Notes under the pieces: generated by a model
The model's input: only the letters and a program-made list of their open reading frames with translations
Told to the model about the DNA's origin: nothing
Database searches by the model: none
Assembly: GCF_006345805.1 (NCBI RefSeq)
Contig: NC_043020.1
Span: forward strand, 16,864,001 to 16,928,000
DNA length: 64,000 bases
Direction of reading: 5' to 3'
DNA from: Octopus sinensis
Taxonomy: Eukaryota
Part shown: positions 37,225-51,912 of the stretch, in pieces
How the letters are laid out: each line of letters starts with the position of its first letter
How positions within the stretch are numbered: the first letter of the stretch is position 1
Translations under genes and position numbers: made by a program

Positions 37225-37575
37225 CTATTTCTTTATTACCCACAAGGGGCTAAACATAGAGGGGACAAACAAGGACAGACATAGGTATTAAGTCGATTAC
37301 ATCGACCCCAGTGCATAACTGGTACTTAATTTATCGACCCCGAAAGGATGAAAGGCAAAGTCGACCTCAGCGGAATTTGAACTCACAACGTTGCACCAGG
37401 CGAAATACCGCTAAGCATTTCCCCCGGCATGCTAACATTTCTGCCAGTTCGCCGCCTTAATTACCTATATAATACCTTGCTAGCTATCTGTCTGTCTGTG
37501 GTTGTAGTAATGAAACTACTTTTTTCCTTTGACCTTTCAATGCTATTTTTAACCTTTTCTCTCTATTTTTTGTAG

Positions 37576-37713
37576 TTGTTCCATGAACGTGGAGAGAAAC
37601 TGGAAGGCCTGGATGACCGGACACAACAGATGACTGCACAAGCTGAGAGCTATTCTCAGGTAGCCCATCAATTGATGTTGAAATATAAAGACAAGAAATG
37701 GTACCAATTTTAG
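37576..37713 (+). CDS. STXBP5: Tomosyn terminal coding exon with the R-SNARE motif: LFHERGEKLEGLDDRTQQMTAQAESYSQVAHQLMLKYKDKKWYQF*
   Basis: ttttttgtag acceptor; 46 codons including TAG. Ends in the diagnostic tomosyn C-terminus KYKDKKWYQF; the zero-layer Arg is present in LDDRT. Confidence 0.98.
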   Translation: MFHERGEKLEGLDDRTQQMTAQAESYSQVAHQLMLKYKDKKWYQF

Positions 37714-39498
37714 CTTATGGAACTTTTTACTCGTAGATCGTACACCAGCTGTTCAGCTCTCTGATCAGACGTAACACTCTAGTTTAACCACAACATGACA
37801 ATTTACCGCTGGTTCGTTACTATGGCAGCAGAGTTTTACATTTTACAGCTTGCAAAGCTCCTCAGTTAAGTACCAGCCTGTTGGGAGATTGCCAAACATA
37901 ATTGGCATGAGGGATTCCTCACTTCAATTGGGCTAACACTTGTTTACAGTTGCTGACATTTTGAACTGAAACTAGAATCAATTCTCCAGTACCAATGCCA
38001 TCAAAGTTTATATCTTCTTCGAGATAACAATTTTGCACTCCTTTAGAATAACTGTGGATTAAAAAAATGCAAAATTAAATTTGTGGCATCAATTTGCATT
38101 CTGTTTTAAAAAAAAACCACTCCTTTTTTTGGGAGCAAGCGCTGACTGTTGGAAGTTTAAAGGCAACGTTTCCTAGTTGATAGAGCAACTTCGTCTTTCT
38201 TTGACTTTTAAAGCAGAAGTTTGATTGTTATTTTTTTTTTTTTTGGTCAAATTAATTAAAACAACAAAAAAATAACAAAACAAAGTGAAAAAAAACACAA
38301 AAAAAAAAAGAAATTAAAATACCTCTTAAAAGATTTTTAAAGATTTAATAAACTGGAATGCTTGACAGATGAACTGAATGCTTGTATGGGTGATAGTAAT
38401 GAATGATCTTTACGAGAAGATAAATTTCTAAAACAAAAAAATTTTTTTAAATTTGCAAACTTATGAACTATCTGTGTTTACATCCGTGTGTATGTATATA
38501 TGTATGTATATGTGTGGATACAACCACCCACACATATATATGGTATGTATGTGTATATATACATATATATATGCATACATACATACACATATATATACAC
38601 ACACATATATATATATAAACACACATACAGGCATGAATATATGTGTGTGTGTGTGTGTGTATGCATATATATATATATATATATATGTATATACCCACAT
38701 TCATGTATCACACATAAACACACACATACATACATACACACATGTATACACAGTGGATATTAGACTTTATGGAAAACTCTTACACTTAAAATGAACCTTT
38801 ATTGCAGTAAAGAGATCCTTGAGAAAGATTTTTCTAGAAAGAAGTTTCCACTAAAACTCTGAAAATGGCTGAGAGGAAAAGCGACAGAAAACAAAAACAA
38901 AAAAACGACACTTTGTTAATAAAGAGAAAGCAGGATCTCAAAAGGATTCTTAAAGTATAAATTTGCCGTTTGGGTTTTACGGCAAGTTTTCCTGTTGTTT
39001 ATTCGCCCCCCCATCCTTTTTTTTTTTTTTCTTGCAGTTTCAAAAAAAAAACAAACCACTTTGAAAAAGATGGAAAAAAAAAAAAAAGCTTAATATAGAG
39101 ATTGTTGAAAAATAATTCATTTTGTTTTTTTTTTGTTTTTTTTTTCATTTTTATCATTTTTCTTCCCTCTCCCCACCCCCCCACCACTGTTATCAAACTT
39201 TCAACAATGCTGATGTTCATTAAATGATGATTAAAAAAATTTTAAAAAAACTGAGAGAATATGTTTGAAAACTTATACACACACAAGCACACACACTCTC
39301 TCTTACACACGCATATATATATATATATATACATACATACACACACAAACATACATACACACACACACATATATATGCACACACTCACATGTATATAAAT
39401 ATATATATATTTTTCTTTTCCTTTTTTTTCCCTCCATAAACTGTGTTTAAACTGGGTTTAACAAGTCCTCGTTCCTGTCTATTTCTACATCTCTATGC

Positions 39499-39581
<83 letters not shown>

Positions 39582-40104
39582 GTATATATGTATGTATATA
39601 TATGTTTGTGTGTATGTGTATTTATCACTTTCTATCTCTCCCTCCCTTCTTCCCCCTCTCTCTATTTCTCTGTATTTCATCAGCTTTTCACCTCTATGCC
39701 AGATTCCATGGCAATGGGATAGCAACACTTTGAAATAACACTATAAAAAAAAGAGAAAACAAAGAAAGTAGAGGCAAAAAAACATTTGTACAGGTCCAAG
39801 CGGTAGAATTCTAGTATTTTGCTCCTTCTAAATCACTCACACACTCCTTCTTTTTCTTCCTCTTCTTTTTTCTTTTTCTTAGGACAGGTTTAGGATGGAA
39901 AAGCAAGCTTGTAAATTTGCAGTCAGTTCACAGGGTTGGTGTGTGTAAATTTTTGCCCCAAAATGCCTCACCAATTCCTTCTGGATTTGAACTTGAGAAA
40001 CAAATTGATATTTTAAATGGTTTTCTTATAAGGAAACCACATATGAATACCTTGTGTGTTTTCGTGTGTGTGTATATATGTAAATACACACATGTGTGTG
40101 TATG

Positions 40105-40135
<31 letters not shown>

Positions 40136-43100
40136 TGCTTGTTATACTTTAAGAAAGTCATACTGGCAATGAAATTACACTTGCCAGTTGTGTTTCACTT
40201 CAGTTTTAGTTATATTATTAGAAGTTATTCATCATGCAACTAATCTGAAGTGAAGTGAACCACAACCCATGTGTGTGTATTCATTGGTAGTGTGACCCTC
40301 CCAAAGTCTAACCTGTTTGTTTCAACACACACTTTCTGATGATAAAAAATACTTGCAAAACAAATTAAAATATTATACACACACACATTTAATTTGGCTG
40401 TAAAATAAATGAAATAATTATGTTTAAGAAATTTACTACTAATGCTGTTACTGCTATTACTACTATTACTACTACCACTATGTGACCTTGTGACAAAACA
40501 CTTGCTCTGTCCATGAGGATTATTTTGCAAACCAATACATTGTATTTTTTTTTTTTAATCTTTACTCTCTGTATTTGCTCAACCGTTTCTTCACAACTCC
40601 ACACACACACACACACACACATAGCAAAGCCATGTCTTCACAGCTACACACACAAAACAATACTATTTTTTCACTGCATCATACATTCACACAACACATG
40701 CATACACTGCAATGCCAATTCTTCACAGTTCCTCCTGTGCACACACTCACACACACACACTGTAAAGCCATTTTGATTCTTGCAATATTCTAACAAATTA
40801 CATTCTTTAACTATTTTTGCCTATGCTCCCCTCTTTTGCACTCTTTCTTACACACATACACACACACATAAAAACATACATTTTGGCCTTTTTAACTGCC
40901 TTCTTTTCCACCCATCCCTTCACTACTCCAATATCCTTTTCTCTCTCTCTCTCCCTCCTTCAACTATACATATGCATACTACATATAACTCGTGTGTGTA
41001 TGTCTGTGTGATTACTAGGACCTCAGACCTTAAGCTCATCATATACAGATGTGTTTTAACCCTAAAGAATCCACAATCACCGTGCATTAGTCACATCGTT
41101 GCGGATGTTCTTACATAGTATCTAGGGTGGAGGTTTAAAATCCTTGTCCACACACACACACATACATACATACATGTACACAGACTCTACCACAAATGTG
41201 TATCAAAGTAATTTCAAAGGTATGTACAGAGAATAATTAAACAGTTCATAATTAGCACACATTTCCAACACATCTTTACACGTACGTACACAAAAAGGCA
41301 TCTATATACATTCATACATATACACACACATCTACATTCATCTGTCTTTATACCTTCGCTATTATTCACCACAATATTGTCACAGTTCACCTGTATCTTG
41401 AAAAAAATCTCACTTGCTGGAAGCTTATTTCTTCTTCTTGTAATTAGTCGTTAGTCAATCAGTCAACTAGTGATTACTGGTTTTTACACTGGTCACATTA
41501 GAATATTTCTTTTCTTGTCCACTTTAGCCAGATTTCTCTTTCTTTCATCAAATTTTTTAATATGAAGAATATGATAAAAACAAAAAAATTGCTTTTTCTC
41601 CATTGTTGAAGACTGTGTTGTAGGATTGTTCTAATTTGTCAAAGAACCTCATAGGATTGTTCTCTCTCATTTAAGACTGTCTTATAGAAAGAATTTCGGC
41701 TAGACTGCTGTCCCACAGATGTGTAGACATTGAATGCTAAGTGCAGATAACAACGCAAGATGTTTCACCTCACACACAAACATACACACTACTTGCATGT
41801 GGTTTATATTTTTACAGAATATACATGTACATTCACAGATTTATACACACACACAAAGACACTCATATATATATATTATACATACACACATACACATATA
41901 CACACACAGAGGCTTATCAAAAATATGTATTTGTATCATGTTTTTAACTACAATACCACAATACCAATAATTTCTTACATAAAATCCATAAGTCACCAGA
42001 AGTTGAGTGGAAACTTGTTAACGATTTGGTCCGTCTGTGTATTTAGTATATATTCTGATCTGAAGACTAATCTTTAGAAATTCTGTGTTGCAAAAAGGAA
42101 TCCAATAAATTAGAAAAATCTAAACAAAAATTTCTACTTTTAGACTGGAATTCTTCAAAGGCTCATAGCTTCCGACTGATATTTTATTGGAGTCTCTTTA
42201 TTCCAGCTTCTAATTTAGGTATTGCTGCACAGAGTTAGAGGTGTGTGGGTATGTCTAAAGTAGTGTGTGTCAGCTTGAATGTATTCAGATATGGGTGGCT
42301 GTGTTTTGTCTTCTTTGTGTTGTAGATTTTAATCGTTAGAAAAGAAGGTTAATATTTGATGAAGTAAGAAAAACTAAAAATTCATGCACACACACACAAA
42401 CTACTAAAAGACAACACCATGTGTATAATCGTTACTTAATTATATCACACACACATACATGAAAGCATACACATACACTATACCACATATATATATACAC
42501 ATATATATATACACACACACACACATTGTCTACTTATATAACACTTACACTGTGAAAGCACATATTTTATATATATTATTTGATGATGGCACAAATTATT
42601 TTGTTGGACAGTTAAGTTAAAACGAACTAAAATGGTTTGCATAATTAGATTCTGATAAATTTTCCATCTTTTTTGCTAATTAATCCAAATGCAATTTGAC
42701 TTTTTATACTTACACACACACACACACACACACCTTCTAAATATGTTTTAAAATCATTCAACAAGGAGTTAAGAAGAAAAGTACAAAACATGTTTCTGTT
42801 TTTTAAAAAATGGTTTTGAAAAATATTTGGTAAACTTAATTATCTCTCAAATAATTCCTTGTTAGGAATTTTCCTTTTGAAACAAAAATCTTGTTGCTTA
42901 ATTTTTTTTTTTTCCTTTCAATTCTTGTATCCTGATTATTCTTCATGTGCTATTTAAACACCAAGAAATTTAATATTCAGCAATACAAGAACACAAGAGA
43001 CTACTAACCTGACAATGTGCAGTACAATATTAGGTCATTCCAGGTATTTGGGACCACGCTAAATGTTCTCGCTAACCCTCTTGAAGAACATATCTTTTTC

Positions 43101-45094
43101 ATTGAATTCAGCACAAATTTGGATCATTTTCTTTATCAAGTTAATTTGTAAATAACCATATATTTTTTCCAGATACCCTCTCTCTCTCTCTCTCTTTCTC
43201 TCACATACACATATATGAAATATTTGAATTATAATGTGATATATATATATGATATACACTCAAACACACACACACATATATAATTGGTTTTTGGAACAGT
43301 GGATATTGAAGCAAATAACGCTATGAATAATTGCAGTGTAAATATTGGGTTAAAAAGCCCTATGGATAGGAAAGGATTTTACATGTTATTATTTATAGCT
43401 TCATTTGCTTCAAGCTCCACCATTCCAAAAAAACAATTTATTTCATATTCTCTCAAGGTTTCTACAAAACTCTTACAACATGAACAATATATGTGGGTGT
43501 GTATATGTACGTGTATGTGTGTGTGTGTATATATATATATATACATACACACATACACACTCACACACAAGCAAGCACACAAATGCAAAGCAAGGTAGAA
43601 AACATAGTACTCAAATACCAAAGGTAGAGTAATATGCTTTTTATTAAAGCAGGAAAAATCATCACAAACTGTTACTCAGAGTTTTGTGGTTGTCCGACAG
43701 TTGTGATCACAGCTCTCTGACAAAAGGTAACATGAAACTCTGGGTAACAGTCTGTGAAGATTTTCTCAGCTATAATAAAAATTATATATATATATATATA
43801 TATCATAAAATGTGTGTGTATATGTATGGATATATATATATATCACATTCCAGTTCTAATAATTTGTAACATCTATTTTCTCTGACAATTCCATTCTGTA
43901 ATTATAGTTCCTAGATTTTGATGTAATTTTTTTTTAGTCCTGTCTCATTCTTGTTTTCTCTTTCATTATTTTTTTTGCTTTTTTTTTATTTTTAAATACC
44001 CTCTTTTTCGCAGTTGATGGGGTTGTGTATGTATGTGTGTGTGTGTGGGGGGATGTATGTTTGTGTATGTTTCAAAAAAGAAGGAAAAAAAGGAACCATC
44101 CAAATAAAAGCTAATGGTAATGAGATACTACAGTTAGTGACAGTAGACAAGTCTTGTTGCGTAATTGAAGTATCAATGTTATACATTATTATTGTTGCTA
44201 TTATTATTATTATTATTATTATTATTGCTATTATTTATTAACCTTTGGCACACTGTAGGCACATCTTGTCACCATACAAGTTTTCTCCCCTCTCAACACA
44301 ACACAGTGCATCTGCAGCTATGGGGGGGAAACTCATATGGTGACATGATGCGCCTCAGTGTGCTAAAGGTTAAAAGTAGTCATCATCATTATTATTATTA
44401 TTATTTGTTCAGGATTGGTTAAGAGACCAGATGGTAGTGAGTGATAAATGACAAAGTATCTGCATGTGTAAGTCAGAAAGAGAAAAAAAAGAAAGAAAGA
44501 AAGAGTATGCATACATGTGGCAGGGGGGTTGTCCTGTTACTGTCTGGTGTTGTCCGCAAATCTGTCTGTTGAACAGCAACTCTGTGATGTCTTTCAACCG
44601 GTAAATTGATAGATTTTAATTCTACTGTCTGAAGCTGCACACACATATTCACACACACACACACACATACACACATACAATACACTCATATACACACATC
44701 AATCATCGGCATATAAGCAAGCATGGAAATTCACTGTTTTTATACTTTTATTACATGCATGTATACTCACACATATACACACATTTATACATGTTGTACT
44801 AGGTACTCACACACACACAGACACATATCATCAGTGGATCATATATCCAGAAATGAAGCACACTTTAAGGGTTAGAACAGTAATGCATTTACATGCAGTT
44901 AAATACATGTCCAGTCATTGAGTGACCAGTGGTTTCACATACATAAAGAGCTTAGCTTTATAGACAACTCATTGACTCTAACGGCAGAGAGTATATCTCT
45001 ACCATTAGAGCCTGACAGCTGTCTATAAAGCTGAGTGCTTTACGGATGTGAAACTATTGGTCGCTCTATGACTGGACATATATTTAACTGCATG

Positions 45095-45146
<52 letters not shown>

Positions 45147-48100
45147 ATAGACATGCACACACACACATATATATATTGGTCATTTTTCTGGGTTAGAAAA
45201 ATGTATACTCTAAAAGAAAAGAAATTTTGAGCAGTTATACTTTTATATTGTCAAGTTGTGTTTTCTTGGTTATAGTGTAAAACCAGCCAGAAGGTCACCA
45301 TTGGATTCAATATTAGATGAGAAACCAATGATAACTTTCTGACTGGTTATATGCCATAACCAGGAATAGACCACTCAACAATATAAAAGTGTGCATGCGT
45401 ATGTATATGTATATATATATATATATATATAAAAACATTTATTTTGAAACCCGCCTCTTTTACCCATGCAATCTTTCACTTATGCAAGACTCATGCAAAT
45501 AGACATGTAGACGTTCATGCACAAACATACAAACAAGTCTGTGAATCCACATGCATAGAAACAGATACAATTATATACACATGCAGCATGTGTATTTTAC
45601 ATTGAGTAAAACTAACAAGATATTGTTCATTACATTATAAACATAATTTATGCATTGTTGCAGTCAGTCTATCAACATAATTTATACACTGTCACAATCA
45701 CATTATAGACATATATTGTTGCATTCACACTATCAACATAAATTATGCATTGTTACTGTCACATTGACATAAATTTTACATTATTACTGTCACACTATCA
45801 ACATAATTTATGCATTGTTAGTCACCTTGTTGACGTAAGTCACTCTATAAACCTAAATTATAATTAACATAAATCAGCTGTAATTTTCATTTGTCAAACT
45901 TATACCTCCAACTGCCTCCCTTTTTATCATTTACACACACATACACACACTCAGTAAACAGATTTAGTGTTGGTAAATCTTGTGAAATGAGCAGTAATAA
46001 TAATGATAATAATAATAGTGTTTTTTAACCACTGAGGGTTCAGAAATACATTGAGGACAGTACAGGACAGTAGTGTTCACACTGAATTTCACAGAAACTA
46101 CACATGTGCATATAAATAAACATACACATTTGTATCATCTCAAAGTTGACATTATTAAAAATCAAAAGAAACTAGTTTTAGGACCCCCCCCAAAAAAAAA
46201 ACCGAGCTGATAGGATTACTTAGAACCATTGTAACAGAATGTTTACCAGAGCAGATATATTTATCCAATGAGAGATAGGCTTTGTCACTTCAAAAATCCT
46301 ATTTAATACAGAATTACAATAACAAGAGTTTTGCTAAATAAATTTTTGGGGAGGTTTTAATTTTTTTTTCCTATTTCTATTTAGAAATTTAAATCTCACA
46401 TGCATCACATTACACAAATTAATTAGCAGCTACCAAACACTACCTACCAAGTTGTATAAGTCTTACAATAATAATGATGATGATAATAATAATAAATCAA
46501 TTATATTTAAAATTAAATCGATCTAAAATTCTATTTAAAAATGTAGTCACTCATCAGGTCTAAAATAATAAATAATAATAATACTATAATAATGATCATT
46601 TTATGTTATCCCTTAAACTTTACATTACAAAGCAATACAAATTCAATGCAAGACTGTCAGGAAGATAGTTATTAATAGTATAAAGATAGAAAAACAAAAT
46701 GCTCATTATCATATACATATATTATTTAATCACAAGTGCTGGGACCATAACACAAGCCTTAATATTTTTTTCCTCAACTCAGTCCAATATTTTACACATC
46801 TGCATACACTATCATTACTGTCATTACTATTAATATTATTATTATTATTATTTAACACACCTACACACCAAACAAAAATAAAACAAAAACAAAACCCACA
46901 GACAATAAATATTGGCCTATAGCATATACACAATACTAAACTGTTACACATACATGCATGCACCTCCTGTGTAAATATCTCATACATACGCACATATAAT
47001 TAAACAAGGAACTTGCTACATGCAAAAAAAAAAAAAAAAAAAAAAAGAAAAAATTCTACAATAACAGTTTTGGTTATTAACTTCAACTTGTTTGATCTCC
47101 AGATGCAACGGATGCCATAATATCTTGTGCACTGCAGTCATGCAATCCTATGCACGAACGTTTTCTATTTTCTTGCAACATTCCTACCAAGTGTTTTTTT
47201 TTAAAATTTTTTTTAGCCTCTGGCTTAACTATTTTTAACTTCACATATCATGTACCTCCTGGCCTCACTGTAATGATGAAAGATCTACAGAGGCCAACGT
47301 TTAATTTGTTACCTTGTTTCACTCTCATTACTGTTTTGTGCTATATCTGTAAGGCAACTGACTTCCTACCAATACCTTGATTATTTTGGCTGGCTGCATG
47401 CATGTTGTATACCACACCATCTGCTAATTCTTCCACCAATGATTAATACATCTTTAGCTCAATAAATCAAACCAAAATGGAAAAAAAATTTTTTTGGAAA
47501 AAAAAAAAATGACAAATTCTTCAATAGCACCCTTCCTCATTGCATACCCAGTCATAAAATCAAGGTCCTTGCAAAAAAAATGTATAAATAAATTAATAAA
47601 TAAATAAATTAAAAATTCTTCTGCAAATTCTAGCATCAGGTTAATATTTTTTCCTCCCTCTTGCCTTTAAAATTCCATTCCCTGCTGCAGATATGGTGGA
47701 GGAGACCAAAATGCATGTATAGTGTGTGCTTACAGCTTGCACGTGTGTTGCGAGTTGTCATGCTAGTGGCTAGCGTGCAGGCCGGCCAGTCAGCTGTCAG
47801 CTCTTCCGAGTTCTGCCCTTTCCCCGCCCCTTGCCCCCTTTCTCTCACTCTCTCATCCTCCCATCCCCACTTCTCTCTCTCTCTTTTTCTCCCCGAAACC
47901 CCCCATCCCTCTCCCCAGCCACCCACCCAGCCCTCAACTGTAGGCGGCATATTTCTCCGGTCTAATAGTAGCCAGATCGTCCTAGTTGTGATAGTTGTGA
48001 TGGAAAACTCTGTACAAAGCTGTAGAAACTGATGGTCAATAAAAACCTTATTGTTGACTTAGATGCTCACTGTAGCCTTTTTCTTGTCTTCCTCATCATT

Positions 48101-48600
48101 TTATTATTTTTTTCTTTTTGCTCATGTTGATTTGTATGGATTTTTCTTTTACAGTCCACAATATTCCAGTTAAACCACAGTCCCGTCGGCAGACTACAGT
48201 TATATGTATATGATTTAGAGAAAAACCTCTATTAAATAATTCAATAATGAAAGATGTTACACACCATATAGAAAACATATACTATAAAAACCTTATTCTA
48301 AAAATCAATAAAGTACAATAAATAGTAGTAAAAAGACTACGCACATTTCATGGCTATATTTTCAAATAGATAATAATAAAATCAATTCGATTTAAAATTA
48401 GATCGATCTAAAATTAATTCTATTTAAAAATATAGTCACTCATCACGTCTAAAATAATAAATAAATAATAATAGAATAAATGTACTTATCTTAACTTATA
48501 CTAATTATCAAATAAATATATAAAAATATGTGTATTTGATTATAAATAATCAAAAAACATTTAACAATATTTCTTAAAATATATATATATATATATGTAC
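37714..48600 (+). other. SINE/LINE-depleted region: putative long 3' UTR(s)
   Basis: No family A-E SINE or LINE fragment noticed, against roughly one per 1-2 kb elsewhere; several AATAAA on both strands. Transcript extent is not directly shown. Confidence 0.45.
44887..45099. repeat. Imperfect long inverted repeat (arms about 105 bp)
   Basis: atttacatgcagttaaata...gtccagtcat pairs with atgactggac...tatttaactgcatgtaaat. Confidence 0.9.
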
Positions 48601-48634
<34 letters not shown>

Positions 48635-49429
48635 ATACTAAGTAACTAAGGGTTTAGCAACGATTTGCCTCACCACACACCAAATTTAGAAATAGCAGTC
48701 AAAGAGTTATGGTTATTCTTTCTACTTAAAAGGGAGATCCCAGTAAAACCACAGCACTTAAAAGGCAATATATATATATTGACATAAATATGTTAGGACC
48801 ACAGTTTGAAGAAAATGGCTCACTAACTGAAGACCACAGACCCTCAAAAGGAAAAGCGAAATACTAGATTAACAGTTCAAAAGTGTTTTCATTTTTCTAC
48901 TGGGAGATATGCAAATAAATAAGCCTGTTGAGTTTTTCACCGGCCATTGACCATCAAAGACTTGTTATTACTGTTCAATAACATAGGCAAAATCCGTTTT
49001 CTGAGAGACGTTTTTGCATGCAAACATGCAGTGGGCATAACCCTTACAGAAACACACTTATCTATAGACATTGCTACAGACACATATCCAAGCATGTTTT
49101 ATTTCTTTCAGACAGGAAAGAGTGACATGGTCGAGTTGCTTAGCACATTTGTGAAGATGTCAAGGCCTTTACTCTGTTGTCACATTCAGACTCAGTCTAT
49201 AACATACTAACGGCTTCAAAGCATAGAAGCACAAAATATAATTTTTAACCACTTCACGATTAATAAATTGTTTACTTTTTAATTAATGTTGCAAGGATCT
49301 GAGAGGATAATCAGATGAAGCGATGTCAAGAGAGTAAGGAGATGTTATAATCTTTTCTCAAGTGACTTGGACAATATGTAATCATGAATTGATTTGTATG
49401 CACAATACTCCTTTACAGTTGACCAATGA

Positions 49430-49805
49430 TGGGTGTTTTTCTGCAAATTTTTGTGCAATGCTTCCAATGGACAATACTCTTCACATTGCACCAAATAGCT
49501 CGAAAGAGCTGTTCTTCACTCCTGCTCCAGAGCGTCGGGTGCGGGGTCACTCCAAAAAACTCTATCTGCGACGATTTCATCTCAATCGAAGGAGAGGGGG
49601 CTTTCTCTGTCCGGGTTGCGGATCCGTGGAATAAGCTGCCAGACGAGATAGTGAAGATGCCAACGACCGCTCGGTTCAAAGTCTCTCTTGGCCAGAAATG
49701 GCCTGAACTCTTTGCATGAACACCCTCCCTGTACATAACTCCATGTCCCCCTACATGGCCTTGCTTTATGCTTTTTGAGCCAAAAATTAACTTAACTTAA
49801 CTTAC
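49430..49805 (+). mobile_element. CR1-type LINE 3' end
   Basis: RVRGHSKKLYLRRFHLNRRRGAFSVRVADPWNKLPDEIV; (ttaac)n tail. Confidence 0.85.
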
Positions 49806-50228
49806 TAAGATGATGTTCATAGGACAAATAATACTAACTTGACACAGCTAACATGTTGGCAGCTCTTCTTAGGGAAGGGACAACTGTCAATTATGTAGAT
49901 ATAAAAGGGGATAATGTAATATGAGCCACTAATGAGCTGAGCTTAAACTCAGCAACAGGCTCTGGTGGTTTTCCAGTAATATTTTTAAAGACATGCAAGA
50001 AAGCTCTGGCAAAACCATAGCAGGTACTTTTCTCGAGCTTCCCAAAAAGGAGGAAATAGAGCAAGTTCTAAAAGCTTTAGGCCTGTCTGTTTGACCTCAT
50101 ATACCAACAAAGTTATGGAATGCATTGTCAAAAGCAAACTGATTGTGTTTCTAGAAGAAAGTGGCTTGTCCACTGACATAGAACATGACTTCTGTCCATG
50201 AAGGAGATGCCTTACATAATTATTGATT

Positions 50229-50645
50229 ATAGGCGCAGGAGTGGCTGTGTGGTAAGTAGCTTGCTAACCAACCACATGGTTCCGGGTTCAGTCCCACTGC
50301 GTGGCATCTTGGGCAAGTGTCTTCTGCTATAGCCCCGGGCCAACCAATGCCTTGTGAGTGGATTTGGTAGACGGAAACTGAAAGAAGCCTGTCGTATATA
50401 TATATATATAAGTGTGTGTGTATATGTTTGTGTGTCTGTGTTTGTCCCCCTAGCATTGCTTGACAACCGATGCTGGTGTGTTTACGTCCCCGTCACTTAG
50501 CGGTTCGGCAAAAGAGACCGATAGAATAAGTACTGGGCTTACAAAGAATAAGTCCTGGGAGTCGATTTGCTCGACTAAAGGCGGTGCTCCAGCATGGCCG
50601 CAGTCAAATGACTGAAACAAGTAAAAGAGTAAAAGAGTAAGAGCT
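50229..50645 (+). mobile_element. SINE family B, full length
   Basis: Head, body and (gagtaaaa)n tail present. Confidence 0.9.
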
Positions 50646-51912
50646 GTGTGCTGAAACAGTAGTTCAGATATTTAAATCTGGATACAATACATTTCAGCTT
50701 TGATAAAGCTGATCACGAGAATGATATGTCACTAACTGCCTGACGTCAGCATATTCTTTTATTCTTTTACATCAAAACAAATCAAAATAGATGAACATCA
50801 ATGGAATTTGTATCTTTGTGGTACCAGTGCCGGTGGCACGTGGCACACAAGAAAACCATCCGAACGTGGCCGTAGCCAGTACCGCATCGACTGGACTCCG
50901 TGCTGTGGGCACGTAACAAACACCATCCGATCGTGGCCGTTTGCCAGCCTCATCTGGCACCTGTGTCGGTGGCACATAAAAACACCATCCGAGCGTGGCC
51001 GTCTGCCAGCCTCGTCTGGCACCTGTGTCGGTGGCACATAAAATCACCCACTACACTCTCGGAGTGGTTGGCGTTAGGAAGGGCATCCAGCTGTAGAAAC
51101 ACTGCCAGATCTGACTGGACTGGTGCAGCTTTCGGGCTCCCCAGACCCCAGTTGAACCGTCCAACCCATGCTAGCATGGAAAGCGGACGTTAAATGATGA
51201 TGATGATGATGTTTCAGTCATTTGACTGTGACCATGCTGGAGCACCGCCTTTAAGGATTCTAGTTGAAGAAATCGACCCCCAGGACTTATTCTTTGTAAG
51301 CCTAGTACTCGTTCTATCAGTCTCTTTTACCAAACCACTAAGTTAATGGGATATAAACTCACTAATATTGGTTGTCAAGAAATGGCAGGGGACAAACAAA
51401 GATGCACATACATAAATATACACACACACACACATAGATAGATACAGGCATTTATTTAACAGACATAACCTAAGAGTCTCCTTTAGTTGTGCACCTAACA
51501 TAAAAAACATTTTAGCAAGTACTTACAATACAAGAGAGGAGGCAGGTTGCACTTGTAGGGTATATAATAACTGTCCAGTAGGAGGCCAATGCAAGTCTGA
51601 AAGGATCATCTATGAGGCTATGGTGATACCTAGACCTGATGTCCACATTAACAGTAATGTACCATCAAACAGCAATATTATAAGTAGATTAACCAATTCT
51701 CATGCCAATATAGCTGCCACACCCAGAGATATAAACCAGTCCAGGACCAGCATCACAGAGAGCGTCACCAAAGACCCCGGTATACCACCATGGATAATGA
51801 ACAAACCATAGATAGAGTGACCAGACCCGCAATGTATATTACCACCAGTTCAAACAGTACTCCTAGAAATAATGACCTATCCAGGACCACATGTGATATC
51901 AGGTAGAAATTA

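Noticed and set aside
47661-48032. 123-aa + strand and 104-aa - strand ORFs in the GC-rich block
   Set aside because: Low-complexity composition, no recognisable domain and no clear splice context.
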